A stretch of 63,589 nucleotides of DNA, filler included, from Chiloscyllium plagiosum (Eukaryota), in NCBI RefSeq assembly GCF_004010195.1. It is 3 parts of 2 records of this genome, joined end to end, with 100 filler letters (N's around TTAATTAATTAA, not from the genome) between each part and the next. Parts side by side here need not be neighbours in the genome. Positions count along the whole stretch, not along the records: positions 29,932 to 61,227 come from NC_057714.1; 2 more parts are not named here. One strand, given 5' to 3'. This document shows, in pieces, positions 36,938 to 49,439 of this stretch. The notes beneath the pieces are model-generated. The model was not told where the DNA came from. It was given only the letters and a program-made list of their open reading frames with translations, and searched no databases. The stretch's first letter is position 1; each line of letters starts with the position of its first letter. A program made the translations under genes and the position numbers.

Positions 36938-36951
36938 GTCCCCATGGTTAC
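36938..36951. promoter_or_regulatory. RFX X-box-like motif GTCCCCATGGTTAC
   Basis: Imperfect palindrome resembling the GTNNCC-AT-GGNNAC X-box, ~65 bp upstream of the proposed minus-strand ATG. Confidence 0.5.
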
Positions 36952-37999
36952 AATGACCCGGAGCGAAGCCGTTTCTAAAGCTTCCTGGTCCGTCACAATA
37001 TCACCCTGAAACTGGGCTAAGACCTTAATCGCTGTATCTAATTCCTTGTTTGATTTGAACTGGAGAGAATGTGGTTGTACCAGAGGGAGAGTGGAGCGGG
37101 CGCGGTCTGTGTCGGGTCGTGTTAGAATAATTTAACATATAATTTAATGTTTTAAACGTGTTTGTTTTCTAAAAATAAATTAGCTCGAAGTGTGTCAGAG
37201 GACATTCCCGATTGAGAAGAAATAGGAAGTGAAAATGAGGGAGTGGGGGCTGGTTCCTAAGTGTTGTGGCTGCACCCCCTTTTTGGGAAGATTCAGTACA
37301 CGACTTGCTACAAAAGAACGACTTTGTATCTGTTCCGTTCATTCCTGATCTAAGGAAGCTGCTCTCCTGTCATTTCTGAGCAGGAGAGATGTAAAGGGGC
37401 TGGATAGTGACTGGCGTTCCCGCTGTCCAACCACCAACCGGGAGGGAGAGGTGGGTAGGTTAATATCACAGGGTTATTTCAGCCCTGATTCAGGGATTGA
37501 AACCAAACAGGAGGGTTTGGAAACGCAATCAAATGATACATTAATATAAGACAAGGTAACGTTTTCTTAATCGTAAAAAAAGTGTCCCGTTTCTAGTCAA
37601 AATGCAGTGTAACAAAATGTCAGCTCAAACTTTCAAAGGGTTGTGTATGTTTGGGAATCGCTACCTTCGGACTGTGAAAGCTCAGTCTTTGAGCATATTT
37701 ATAATAGAAAGAGATTTATAAATACTAGTGTCATTAAGGAATATGGGGATAGTGTGGGAAAGGACCTTAAGAGATTGATTGATTATATTATTGATTGTAC
37801 TGTAATAATTGTACTATTACTGTTATTGTATAGAATGATGAGGAAGGCTTGATGCATGGACTCCTGCTCCGATGTTCTTACATTCCTAATTGTTGTACAT
37901 GTAAACATTTGTTAAACATGAGTATATTATAGATTGTATACTGGAAGGAGGGGGATTCAGAGACATCTGTATTGACTGAGAGATGCATCAATCGATTTT

Positions 38000-39090
38000 C
38001 CTGCTGCTCAGGAAAACGATGGGGGTGGACAATTTTAAAAAGGAATCATTCTTGGATGTGGCTCACTCCTGGTTCCCTGGTAAATCGAGAGAAATCTAGA
38101 TCAGTTAAAGGTTGGTGTGAATTGGAATCACTCATCACCCAGATTGAGTAAGGAAGTTAATGAATCAAAACAGGTCAAACGGCAGGTTTGGAGAGAGAAT
38201 AAAAGTGAATATCTTTCATCAGAGCTGGAAAAAGTTGGAGGTGTGATAGAGTTTTCGAAAGTAGGAAAATGGTGAGTTATAAAGTCTAAAAGAGTAGGTG
38301 CCTGAGAAATTGGAAGGCAACAGATATTCATTGACAAAGGGTTGATGGTTGAGGCTAAGGTTTATGGGAACAGAAAGGAACAAGGTTGGATTTAGGGTAA
38401 AGGCTTCCACTCTTCTTCCAAGACGGAAGAAGGATTCTAGGAAGGAGCTAAGCTTAGTTAACCATAGTTAACTAAGGAAGTTAAGAATTGGACTGAAAGA
38501 AATAAATATACAATATAGCAAAGTTCAGTAGTAATCTTAACATCTGGTACTGGGAAAATGGTAGTCTATTGTAAAGGATGCAGTAGCAGAGTCAGCATGG
38601 CTTCATGAAGGGGAAGCCTGACAAATTTAATTGAATTCTTAGAGGATCTATCATTGCAAGATAGGTAATGGGGAACCAGTAAATGTACTATATTAGAGTT
38701 TCTAGGAGGCATTTGATAAGGTACCGCATGTTAGACTACTTAATGCAGTAAGAGCTCATGGTCCTGGCAATGTATTACCGTAGAGGACTAGTAATCAATA
38801 GAAGACAGAGTTGGAATAAAGGGTTGTGTTCAGGATGGTAAATCTGTCAGTGGATTGCTCCAGAGATCAATGCTGGGGCCACAATCATTTATAATATATG
38901 TTGCTGACTTGAATGAGGGAAGTGAATATACCACAGCCAAGTTTGTGGATGTCACAAAAGCAGGTGGGTAGGAATGTAGTGAACATGACACAAATGTGGA
39001 AGGATATAAATTGGTTAAGTGAATGGGCAAAAAAACTTACTAGAATATAATATGGGAAAATGAGAGGTTATGCCCTTTGGCAGGAAAAGC
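38000..39090 (+). mobile_element. Highly decayed CR1/L2-type LINE fragments
   Basis: cagcatggcttcatgaagggg, gcatttgataaggtaccgcat and gtgctggggccacaa-like RT remnants. Confidence 0.6.
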
Positions 39091-41912
39091 AGAGAAGTTG
39101 AATAATGGTCTGGGCCCTCACTCAATGATAATCCACAAAGGTACATAACATGAAGGACAGCAGAACTAAATGAGGTTTATTGATACAGATGAAAAGGATA
39201 AATCAGATATTCATTCACCCACTGTGATTCATACCTCGTCTGGCAGAAACAATGACCTTTTTTGCTTTCCTGGGTAAGTAGATAAATGATTATACAAGAC
39301 GCAGGGACAGTGGAGAACATATTCCTTTCACCCAGTCTCCTGAACCTGCACATGCTGCAGTTTTCAAGGATTTTTTTGATCAACATATCACAAAGTTTGT
39401 TATATTTGTATCAGCATGTTATGAGTGTTACTAAAGATACGTATCCTTGAAACAACTGATTACCCTTGTTGCTGGTACATTAAGTACATCTGGTTTGGCC
39501 TTGGTTGTTGGAGGGCATAGGGGAGGCTAGCTTTCCCTGATTCAGGGAATAAGCTGTTGTGCAGTGGTGATGCCTCTCTCTCGCTGCATCTTCTGTCTAC
39601 TTAATATCTGACTCGAGTCTGTGGCTTGGAGAAAGGTTGTAATCGACAAGGAGTTAGGTGAGGTAAGGGTGATTCTTTCTCTCTGGGAGCTGTTGAACTT
39701 GACGGGGTGGGAGGGTGGTGTGTTTGAGAAGTAACACAACCTGCTCCTTTTTTACGATAATTTGCAAAAGAACCTGGAGGAAGGTGAGGAGAATGTTTTA
39801 TTGAAACAGTGCATTGTCATAGTCTGGATGACACTGCCTGAATGGACAGTAAAAGAAAATTGAAAGGGGAATTTATAAAGGAGTATTTGAAGAGCTGTAG
39901 GGAGAAAGAGGCAACGCGTTTCATCAATTCCTGTTTCAGAGTCAGCTTGATGAACCAAACATCTCTTTTATAAAATTCTATGATTTGATCATTAGAAATG
40001 TAAAGGAGAGGCAGATTAATGGAAATATAAAGCTTCAAAAATTGATAGGGACTAATAGAGTATTTGAGAAGATTGAAAAGTCTTTTAGCATTTAAAATTT
40101 AAATAGAGACGAATGATAAGGAAGGTAATGGCACAATAAGTAGTGATAAAGAAATAAAACTAAAGATTGTTATATATTTATTCGAGATGTAGAAATTGTG
40201 TTTTTAGTGAAACTGTAGTAATTTCTTTTGTTTAAGTGACAGAGCTAAAATCAGCCAACACTGTTCATGTAGGGAAGAAGAGATTTTTTTTTCAACCTGA
40301 CCAATGTTTAAGGGTTAGTGTTATGTGGGGGGGAGTAAATGTAGAGGGAATGAAAAGTCGGCCAAATCCCTATAAATTCTATTAATTAATTGCAGCTTTG
40401 CCTGTGTCAGTGCCACTGATTTGCCCATGAGCGTGCATTATTGCATGCCTATGCATTATAAACTGTTGTAATGTACCCATTTCATTATGTCCTAGTTTGT
40501 CATCTCAGTAGAGATTTTGTATGTTTCTGCGATGTAGCATTTTGTTCAGATAATGCATCTTGGGAAGGGGATGGCAGGTCTTCTCATTAAGGAAGGAGTG
40601 CGGCCAGGGCTCACTGCATTGATTCTTGGGAAGATAGGTGTCCCGTAATGAGAGAATGAATTTAAATAAGCTTCTATTCTCTGGAGATTTGTAACTGAGA
40701 GTTAGTCTCATTGAGCTCCATAACATTCATAGATTGTTCATCAGGGTCTGTTTCCCCTGATTGAAGAGTCAAAGACTTGGGGTCACAATCTCCAAGTAAG
40801 GAGTTAGTCATTTAAAACGAAGATGAAGGGAAATCTATGTTCTCAGAGAATTGTGAATCTTTGCAGATTCTCCAGAGGCTTGTGGATGCTTGGTCATTGA
40901 GTGTACTCAAGGTTGAGATAAATAGATTTCTTTGATTCTAAGGAAATCCTAGGATATGGGAATCGGATGGGAAAGTGTGGAGTCGAAGTCAAACATCAGT
41001 TGTGATGCATGTCAATGTAGAGGACCTCAACATTCTACTGTGGCTCCTATTTTGCATTTCTTATCTATCTGTCTCAGTTGTTATAAGTTCATGACTTCAA
41101 CGCCTGGTCTCTGCAGAGGTTGTGTGATTTCAGGCATAATATTGTTGTCGACCTCCGCATCTTGGACAGAATAGAAGAATCCTGGTTTTATTGTTATCAA
41201 GTGACCCCCTACTGGAGGGAGGGAGGTAGGTTGGGGCTCTGTGATGGGTCATATTTTCTGGTTTAATCTGTGTGCACTCAATTGGGAAAGAGTTGCCACC
41301 AGCTGGAGCTGGAGTGTTTATTTTCCCTCTCTGCATCTCAAAGGTTGAGTTTTGTGCTAGGGACTATAAACCTCATTATCATTGGGAACTTTGGTGTGAT
41401 CTACCAGCCCTATAATGGTAATATTTTTCTTTTTGTCAAAGCTAACAGTATGAATGGTTCAGCAATTTGTAGAGGTTCAGAACTCACAGCACATCTCTTT
41501 CATTTAACAAATTATTATTTCTTTTAGAGTAATAGTACGTGAACTCATCACGAAGCGTCCTGCAATTTTTAAACCATTGTTAAACTCAGAAAACAGGGGC
41601 AGTCTCTGCAGTTGTTCTGGGGTGGGTAGGATTGGGGGGAAAAAAAGAGTTAAAACATTTTTTTGTAACAGAGTGGAAGGAACCTGTCTCCCTGTTTGCT
41701 TGTGTTCTGCCTGACCCAGGGAATGCTTGTTGTTACTGGACACCCAGAATAGAAAATTCTTAGAGCTCGCAATCGTAAATAGTCCAATTTTCATTTGTTT
41801 ACTGTTGGAACTCCTCAGCAACTCGATGTTTTACTGACTTTGTTTCTCTTTTGTTTTTGAAGGAGAGCTTTGGCAACTGAGTGGACACTGTTGGAGATCT
41901 TTTGAGTAATCG

Positions 41913-42967
41913 ATGAATCCAGCCATTACCATGGCATCGATTGTCCATATATTGGCTGCTGTCTTTGGAATGGGGTCCTGGATAGCGATCAACGGCCTCT
42001 GGGTAGAACTACCTCTTATTGTGCCAGAAATACCCGAGGGCTGGTACCTCCCATCGTACCTCACCATCATCATCCAGTTTGCTAATGTGGGGCCTTTGTT
42101 TGTCACATTGATGCACAGGTTTTCACCCAGAAAGCTGAATGAGTCTGCTGTGATCTATGCCATTGTCTGCTTAGGCATTGCAGCTTCCTTTCTATTGCCT
42201 TTCTTCTGGAAAGTGACCAGCATATTGGCTGGTGCAGTGCACAGCACGGCACTCCTGGTCTTGGCGTTTTTCCTCTCGTTGGTGGACTGTACATCTTCAG
42301 TGACCTTCCTGCCCTTCATGACCCGCCTGCAGCCCAAGTACCTGACCAGTTATTTCATCGGAGAGGGCCTCAGTGGGCTGGTCCCGGGCCTTGTCGCATT
42401 AGGCCAAGGTGTCGGAGTTGTTAGTTGTGTCAACACCACCAAAAGCACAACCGGCAACGTGTCATCAAACTTGACTGGTGATGGCAGCAACAATTACAGT
42501 ATTGTAGCTCGATACCAGCCAGCCAACTTCCCGCCAGAGATTTTCTTCTTTTTCCTCAGCGGTGTGATGGCGCTATGCTTGGTGGCATTTATTCTTCTCA
42601 ACTACCTCCCACAGTCCCGTCAACAGCGAACAACCAGTAAATATGTTAAACAGACAGAGGCTGCCAACGGAGGGGCAGAATTGAACAAAATAGAGGTGAC
42701 AGAACAGAGACCCATGATCAGTCCTTCAGACAGTCAACATGAAGCCAGGGTGAAAGCCATTTTTGGGACTGGGAAGTACTCCCGCTCAGAGATGGTCCTG
42801 ATCTTCCTAATCCTAGGATGGGTAAATGCACTGACCAATGCTGTCCTTCCTTCTGTCCAGTCTTACTCATGCCTACCATATGGGAATTTGGCCTATCACT
42901 TGTCCGCTGCCCTTGGTGCCATGGCCAATCCACTGGCCTGTTTCATTGCCATGTTCTACACAAACCG
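41913..42967 (+). CDS. slc52a3: Riboflavin transporter SLC52A3-like (RFVT3 type), first coding exon
   Basis: Translation FGMGSWIAINGLWVELPLIVPEIPEGWYLPSYLT...LVDCTSSVTFLPFM...GEGLSGL...LPSVQSYSCLPYG...ANPLAC is typical SLC52. The GWYLPSYL and QFANVGP motifs are A3-type. Acceptor: branch TACTGAC, then a pyrimidine tract, then AG at 41861-62 (exon starts 41863). Donor CG|GTAAGC at 42968, phase 2. The second ATG at 41931 (accATGG) aligns with the usual start. Confidence 0.95.
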
Positions 42968-44261
42968 GTAAGCTGTTGTTCCTGTTAACACCTGTATTGA
43001 AATACAAGCTACACCAATTCCTGGTTGAGAGTCCAACACTGTTTGTAGGTACAGAGTCACACCTTGACCAGGCAGACTCCAACCGCTGAGTCTTATGGCA
43101 TTATTTTGTGGCTGTTCCTGTTGTCAGCTCACAAAGGACCAGATTTATTGATCAATTTCCCAAAATCCCATTTTAGTGCATGATATCTGGGCTGCAAATG
43201 TTCAAAGCTGATGGGCAGGAAAGCCCCGTGTGGTCCATTGATACGGTTTCACCACCACGACACCAGGAGTAGCTTGCTATAGGAAGGATATTATTAAACT
43301 AGAGAGGACTCAGAAGAGATTTACTAGGATGTCGTCAGGCGTGGAAGGTTTAAGTTATAAAGAAAGCTTGGATAGGTTGGGACTTTTTCCACTGGAGTGT
43401 AGATATACATGAATTGGAAAAACTTACAGGGATGTGGGCCAAATGCTGACAGATGAGACTAAATTTTTATAGGAGATCTGGTCAGCATTGGTGAGTTGGA
43501 CCAAAGGATCTGTTTCCATGCTGTGTGACTCAGAAAATGCCCAGTCATAGAATCAACCTGCTGACAGACACTCTTTCCCTAACACTTCCTTCCCCTCCTA
43601 TCCCCGCTGCCACCCTGTATGAACCCATGAAGTCATTTGGAGCAGGCATAAAAATTCCAGAAAAGAAATTTCAGACCCAAAAGAAAGAAATGATCTGAAA
43701 AACCCATCACTGACCCTTCTCATGTTGTCAAAGCAAAAGATCATATTGACTATTCAGACATTAATTAATTAATTATTAATTCAGAATGTTATAAGAACCA
43801 TCTTCTATGGTGACTGAAGAACAAGAATTGAGGAGAGGAATATTTTGTTTTAAACCCATGGGCTGTTCACATCTGGTCACTCCTGCTGACCCACAAGGAG
43901 TACAGTAAAAGGCATTTCACTTGTAGAGCCAGCTGTTGGAATTGCCTTTCACTACAAGATCTCAAGCTTAGCCAACATAATTGGCAACTGTTGTATTTAA
44001 GTCAGGCTCTTAATTGCACTGCAAATGCCTGTTTTAAAAATGTTAATGAGAAATCCTGAGGAACATTCGCTGGCCCTGAAACCCACTGATATAAAAAAGC
44101 AATATTTTCACCGATTTAAAATTCTTAATCATACCTCCCTCCCATCCCTTCCCCTGCCTCATCGTGGGGACTTACCTGAACCATTCTTTCATATAGCTGT
44201 TGTATTAACATTGCTGTGCTAATACAGGTTTGGTTATATATTGCCCACTATGATAATATGT

Positions 44262-44467
44262 GAAGATGTTGGTGTTGGACTGGGGTGGACAAAGTCAGAA
44301 GTCTCACGATGCCATGTTATAGTCCAACAAATTATTTGAAATCACAAGCTTTTGGTGTATAGGGTTAAGGTGGGTCACCTGACAAAGGGGCTATACTCCA
44401 AAAGCTTGTGATTTCAAATAAACCTATTGGGCTATAACCTGGTGACGCGTGACTTCTGACTTTGTCT
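44262..44467. mobile_element. Palindromic pLTR-like mini-element, third family
   Basis: Inverted arms gacaaagtcagaagtc...tttgaaatcacaagctttt and aaaagcttgtgatttcaaa...gacttctgactttgtc; related copy at 14745-14880. Confidence 0.65.
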
Positions 44468-45804
44468 ATATGACAATACTATTCCTCCTCCATGTGGGGG
44501 CAGTAACCAGGCTCTGTAAAGAATCAAAGCTCATGGTCTCCATCTTGTGGTAGTAAAGTGGCACTGCAGGTCATTTTGACATCACATATGACTTTGTTTG
44601 CCTACATCCATGGAGCTGGTATGTGCAGACATATGATAGTAGGCTTTAGTCAGTAAAGGTAAAGTCACCATAGTCCTGCCAGACCATAGGAATGGAAGTG
44701 CTCTGTCATTACAGAGGGAAATGACTGATGGTAGTTTAACCTGGGGGTCACCACTCTTCAGAAAAGGGCTGAGGTTCAACATCAAACTAGCCAATAGTCG
44801 GGTATAGAAATAAAATGATCTGGAACCAAATCAGAGTGCCTTTTTTTTTGTTACGTTTCCATATGAACAAGTGAATGTATGATGAGGAGCAGGGCTAAAT
44901 AATTTGGCTTCTTGATTCTACTCATGAGTTGATCTGATTGTGGCATCTTCTCCGTGTTCTTGACTTCTTTGAGATTTCCTGATCAGAAGAAATAATTCCT
45001 CAATGTTGACTTTGTTGAATCCTAAACATTTTAACTACTTTCATCATATCACCCCTCAACCTGTTCTCCTGATTTAGTTTTTGAACCCTTATTATCACCC
45101 TAATGTGCAACACAGCCAGTGATGTCCAGGCATGACCAAATATATCTTTTTTAAAAAGAATTTGCCCTGTATCCATTCCAAAACTACCAGAGTTGTAGTG
45201 CGTGAGCTGAATGCAGTTTGTCCAGCTGGGGTCTTACCAAGGAATAGAATAGCCCTTATTGTCATGTGCACTCGAATGAAAGGTTCGTAATGTCAACTTT
45301 CAGTGTCATCTTAGCTACTGGGTACTTAGGTACAGATACTTATAAGTATAATTACAGCATTTTTAAAAAGTCGAGTAGCATGGAACAGTTGTCCCAAACG
45401 TTAATGAAAGTGACGGTAAATACTTAAGTCTTCGTCTGTGCTTGCTGGCCCTAGAGAATGAGGTCACACTGCCTCCACATGCGGGCCTCCATCCAGGACT
45501 CACTCCGGGAATTGGCTGGCTTGCTCCACTCTGATGCAGTACTCGGTGCGTGCTCGCTCTATTCCACCATATGACTGTATATCTCTGTATCACTGAATAC
45601 CCCCATTCCTTCTGCTTTGTTTCCTCTCTCCAGCCTAAAGATTGGGTGGGCTGGAGAATAGTTCAGCTGACTCCAGAGTCCTTGGACTCATTCAGTGAAA
45701 ATAGGTTGTTCTAGACAAAACTGTTCTCTGCAAAACATTTGGAAGCCCCAAAATGTAGGAAGTGGCATGTCAAGATTGCTCCTGACAGAAAGGACAGATA
45801 AATC

Positions 45805-46270
45805 TTAGAGTTTAGATCAGGTGGTGCTGGAAAAGCACAGCAAGTCAGGCAGCATCCGAGGAATAGGAAAATCAATGTTTCAGGCAAAAGCCCTTCATCA
45901 GGAATAGAGGCAGGGAGCCTCCAGGGTGGAGAGATAAATGGGGGTGGGGTGGGGCTGGGGAGAAGGTAGTAAAGAGTACAATAGGTGAATGGGGGTGGGG
46001 ATGGAGATGATAGGTCAGAGGGGAGGGTAGAGCGGATAGGTGGGAAGGGAGATTGGCAGGTAGGACAGGTCATGAGGACAGTGCTGAGCTGGAAGGTTGG
46101 AACTGAGGTAAGGTGGGGGGAGGGGAAATGAGGAAACTGGTGAAGTCCACATTGATGCCCTGGGGTTGAAGTGTTCCGAGGTGGAAGATGAGGTGTTCTT
46201 CCTCGAGGCATTGGGTGGTGAGGGAGCGGCGGTGGAGGAGGCCCAGGACCTGCATATCCTCAGCAGAGTA
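45805..46270 (-). mobile_element. Penelope 3' fragment in slc52a3 intron
   Basis: LEEEHLIFHLGTLQPQGINVDF plus pLTR. Confidence 0.85.
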
Positions 46271-46944
46271 GGATCTTGGAGCTAACTGGCCCAGTACAGA
46301 TTGGCATACAATGGGCTGCCATCCAGTTTTCCCAGGATGTGGGTGATGCTGGCTTGGCCAGCATTTATTGCCCATCTGTAATTGCCCAGAGGATGTTTTA
46401 AGAGTCAGCCATATTGCCTTGGGTCTGGAGTCACATGTAGGCCAGACCAGATAAGGACAGCAGCTTCCTTCCCTAAAAGACATTAGTGAACCAGAAAGGT
46501 TTTTCAAACAATCCACAACAGTTTCATTAGACTCTTAATTCCAGATTTTAAAGAAATTGATTTAAATTTCACCATTTGCCTTGACAGGATTTGAGTTGAA
46601 AAGTGTGGTACTGGAAAAGCACAGCTGGTCAGGCAGCATCCGAGGAGTAGGAGAGTCAATGTTTGACCATGAACTAATGTTGTTGAAGAGCTCACGTTCG
46701 AAACGTTGAATCTTAGATGCTGCCTGAGTAGTAGTGCCGAGGCTGAATGCACTTAGTCCAGCTGGGGTATGACCAATGAATAGAATAGCCTTTATTGTCA
46801 CATGCACTCGAATGAATCCTGAAGAACAACTCATGCTCAAAACATTAACTCTTCTGCTCCTTGGATACTGCCTGACTGGCTGTGCTTTTCCAGCACCACA
46901 CTTTTCAACTCTGATCTCCAGCATCTGCAGTCCTCACATTCCCC

Positions 46945-47722
46945 ATGTTGCTGGGGTTGGAGGATTTGAGCTATAGGGAAAGGCTGAATAGGCTGGGACT
47001 GTTTTCCCTGGAGCGTCGGAGACTGAGGGGTGGCCTTATAGATAGAGGTTTATAAAGTCATGAGGGGCATGGACAGAATAAATAGACAAAGTCTTTTCCC
47101 TGCGGTGGGGAGTCCAGAACTAGAGGGCATAGATTTAGGTTGAGAGGGGAAAGATCTAAAAGGGACCTTGGGGGCAACATTTTCACATAGATTAGATTAG
47201 ATTAGATTAGATTAGATTACAGTGTGGAAACAGGCCCTTCGGCCCAACAAGTCCACACCGACCCGCCGAAGCGAAACCCACCCATACCCCTACATTTACC
47301 CCTTACCTAACACTACGGGCAATTTAGCATGGCCAATTCACCTGACCCTGCACATCTTTTGGACTGTGGGAGGAAACCGGAGCACCCGGAGGAAACCCAC
47401 GCAGACACGAAAAGAACGTGCAAACTCCACACAGTCAGTCGCCTGAGGCGGGAATTGAACCCGGGTCTCTGGCGCTGTGAGGCAGCAGTGCTAACCACTG
47501 TGCCACCGTGCCGCCGTGCCGCATAGAATTGTCCATGTATGGAATGAGTTGCCAAAGGAAGTAGTGGAGGCTGGTATAATTGCAACATTTAAAAGGTATT
47601 TGGATGGGTTTAGAGGGATATGGGCCAAGTGCTGGCAAATGGGATTAGGTTGGAATATCTGGTCAGTATGGATGAGTTGGACCGAAGGGTCTGTTTCCGT
47701 GCTGTACATTTCTACGACTCTA
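46945..47722 (+). mobile_element. CR1 3' end interrupted by a V-SINE
   Basis: gaggatttgagctatagggaaaggctgaataggctggg ... ggaatgagttgccaaaggaagtagtgg. Confidence 0.8.
47188..47520 (-). mobile_element. HE1-like V-SINE with (AGATT)n tail
   Basis: Minus strand reads ggcacggtggcacagtggttagcactgctgcctcacagcgccagagacccgggttcaattcc, then the V-domain. Young, CpG-rich copy. Confidence 0.9.
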
Positions 47723-47836
47723 TGGCAGGTTTTCTGGATGAATAGCCTATTAAAAATATCACAAGGCCAACGCCTCTCTTAGAATGCCATCTCTGTCTCA
47801 CTGGGTGATGTTATTGTTTTGCATTTTCCATTCCAG

Positions 47837-47960
47837 ATCGCTGCGATTGATGGGATTTCTGACACTAACAGGTACTGCAATGGGATCCTATATCATGGTT
47901 ATGGCAGTCCTCAGCCCATGTCCCTGGCTGGTTCAGACACGGGCCGGCAGTATCCTCATA
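47837..47960 (+). CDS. slc52a3: SLC52A3-like second coding exon (124 bp)
   Basis: ttccattccAG|ATCGCTG... encodes (R)SLRLMGFLTLTGTAMGSYIMVMAVLSPCPWLVQTRAGSILI|GTGAGT. Phase 2 to 0 fits both neighbouring exons. Confidence 0.95.
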
Positions 47961-48667
47961 GTGAGTTATGTTTTACATTACGTTTGAAGTTCTGAAACTC
48001 CTGAAATCAGCCTCAAAACACATCCAGCATTTCTATAGCACCCTTCCCCCACCACAGGGTGTTCCAAAGCACTGAACAACAAATGGCATTCCTTTTATAG
48101 AAGGGCAGTCACTTTGGAATCTCGACATTTACCTTGTCACACCACTACCAACATTTGTTTTCCTCAAGAAAGCTCATTTGCAGTCTCTGAGGTGTGATGG
48201 TGCCATGTGACTCCTAATATTTACTTTGGCAGTCTTTGTATTTCAGACTTCACCAGTCTTGCTTAATTTGAAAACCTTTCAGCTCCATTTTGCGCTTGGC
48301 TTTAAGTTTCTACATGGTATTCCTCAGCTCTCGGGGCTCTGAAGTTTTGCATTTTGACTGAAAATAAATACTTCTTTGCTTTGCTCCATTTAAACTCCAT
48401 TAATACTTCAGTTGCCATTCATGCCAATTAATAATTTCTGAACATTCCATATTGCCTCAATCCAGTGATGTGACTTCTTATTATAATAAAACAAAGAATT
48501 GCGGATGCTGGAAATCTGAAATAATAACAGGAATTGTTGGAGAAGCTCAGCAGGTCAGGCAGCATCTGTGGAGAGAGAAATAGAATTAACATTTTGAGTT
48601 CAGTGACTTAAAGTAGGCAAGAACCAAGGATCACTGAACTACTTCTTGGTACCTCTTCCTGAGTTTG

Positions 48668-48878
48668 GAGAAAGTGAGGACTGCAGATGCTGGAGATCAG
48701 AATTGAAAAGTGTAGCACTGGAAAAGCACAGCAGGTCAGGCAGCATCCAAGGAGCAGGAGGATTGAGGTTTTGGGTATAGGCATTCTGATGAAGGGCTTC
48801 TGCCCGAAACGTCGATCCTTCTGCTCCTCGGATGCTGCCTGATCTGCTGTGCTTTTCCAGTGCCACACTTTTCAACTC
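48668..48878. mobile_element. Palindromic Penelope pLTR mini-element
   Basis: Inverted arms ttgaaaagtgtagcactggaaaagcacagcagg... and ...ctgctgtgcttttccagtgccacacttttcaa. Confidence 0.8.
48786..48813 (+). ncRNA. Minimal hammerhead core, sense orientation in an slc52a3 intron
   Basis: CTGATGAAGGGCTTCTGCCCGAAACGTC, core intact. Confidence 0.62.
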
Positions 48879-49439
48879 TTCTTGATGTTTATTGTTAAGT
48901 TCATCTTGATGTTTGCTGCTTGATGGTAAAAGCTTGTGTTTTGATATGGCCACTCTCCCTGCTCTCAAGACCCTCTGACACTGGCTAAGCAAAGTTCCCA
49001 CTAATGGGGTACAATAATGGCAATGACCATACCATGTTTCTTCCTGCACCTTCTGCTCAAGGGTCAGAACAGCAGCCATTGCAGGAATGACTCTGACCGT
49101 GATTAGATACCTAAAGGAATGCAGCTGTGCAAGAAATCATCGAGCACAGGAGGTCATTCGGTGTGGAAACTGAGGGAAGAAAAGAGTGACAATGTCTTGG
49201 AGAGAAATACTTTATTATTAATGAGAGGAAGTAGAGGAGTCAAAAATGGGGACAGATCTATAAGACCAGAAGATACAGGAGCAGAATGAGGCCATTCAGC
49301 CCATTGAGTCTGCTCTACCATTTGATCACGGCTGATATGTTTCTCAACCTCATTCTCCTGCCTTCTCCCCATATTCACCAGGATACTGGTCCCACCAGGT
49401 GGACTCTGTCCCATTGGAACAGCTCGGTCCTTTCCCAAT

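Larger units (their letters stand above)
36550..37460. promoter_or_regulatory. CpG-enriched putative bidirectional promoter (slc52a3 on +, unknown gene on -)
   Basis: Non-repetitive, locally CpG-rich sequence (e.g. gagcgggcgcgg, cccggagcgaagccg) ~4.5 kb upstream of the slc52a3 acceptor, which requires an upstream non-coding exon. Candidate + strand donors lie near 37451 and 37556. Confidence 0.55.
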
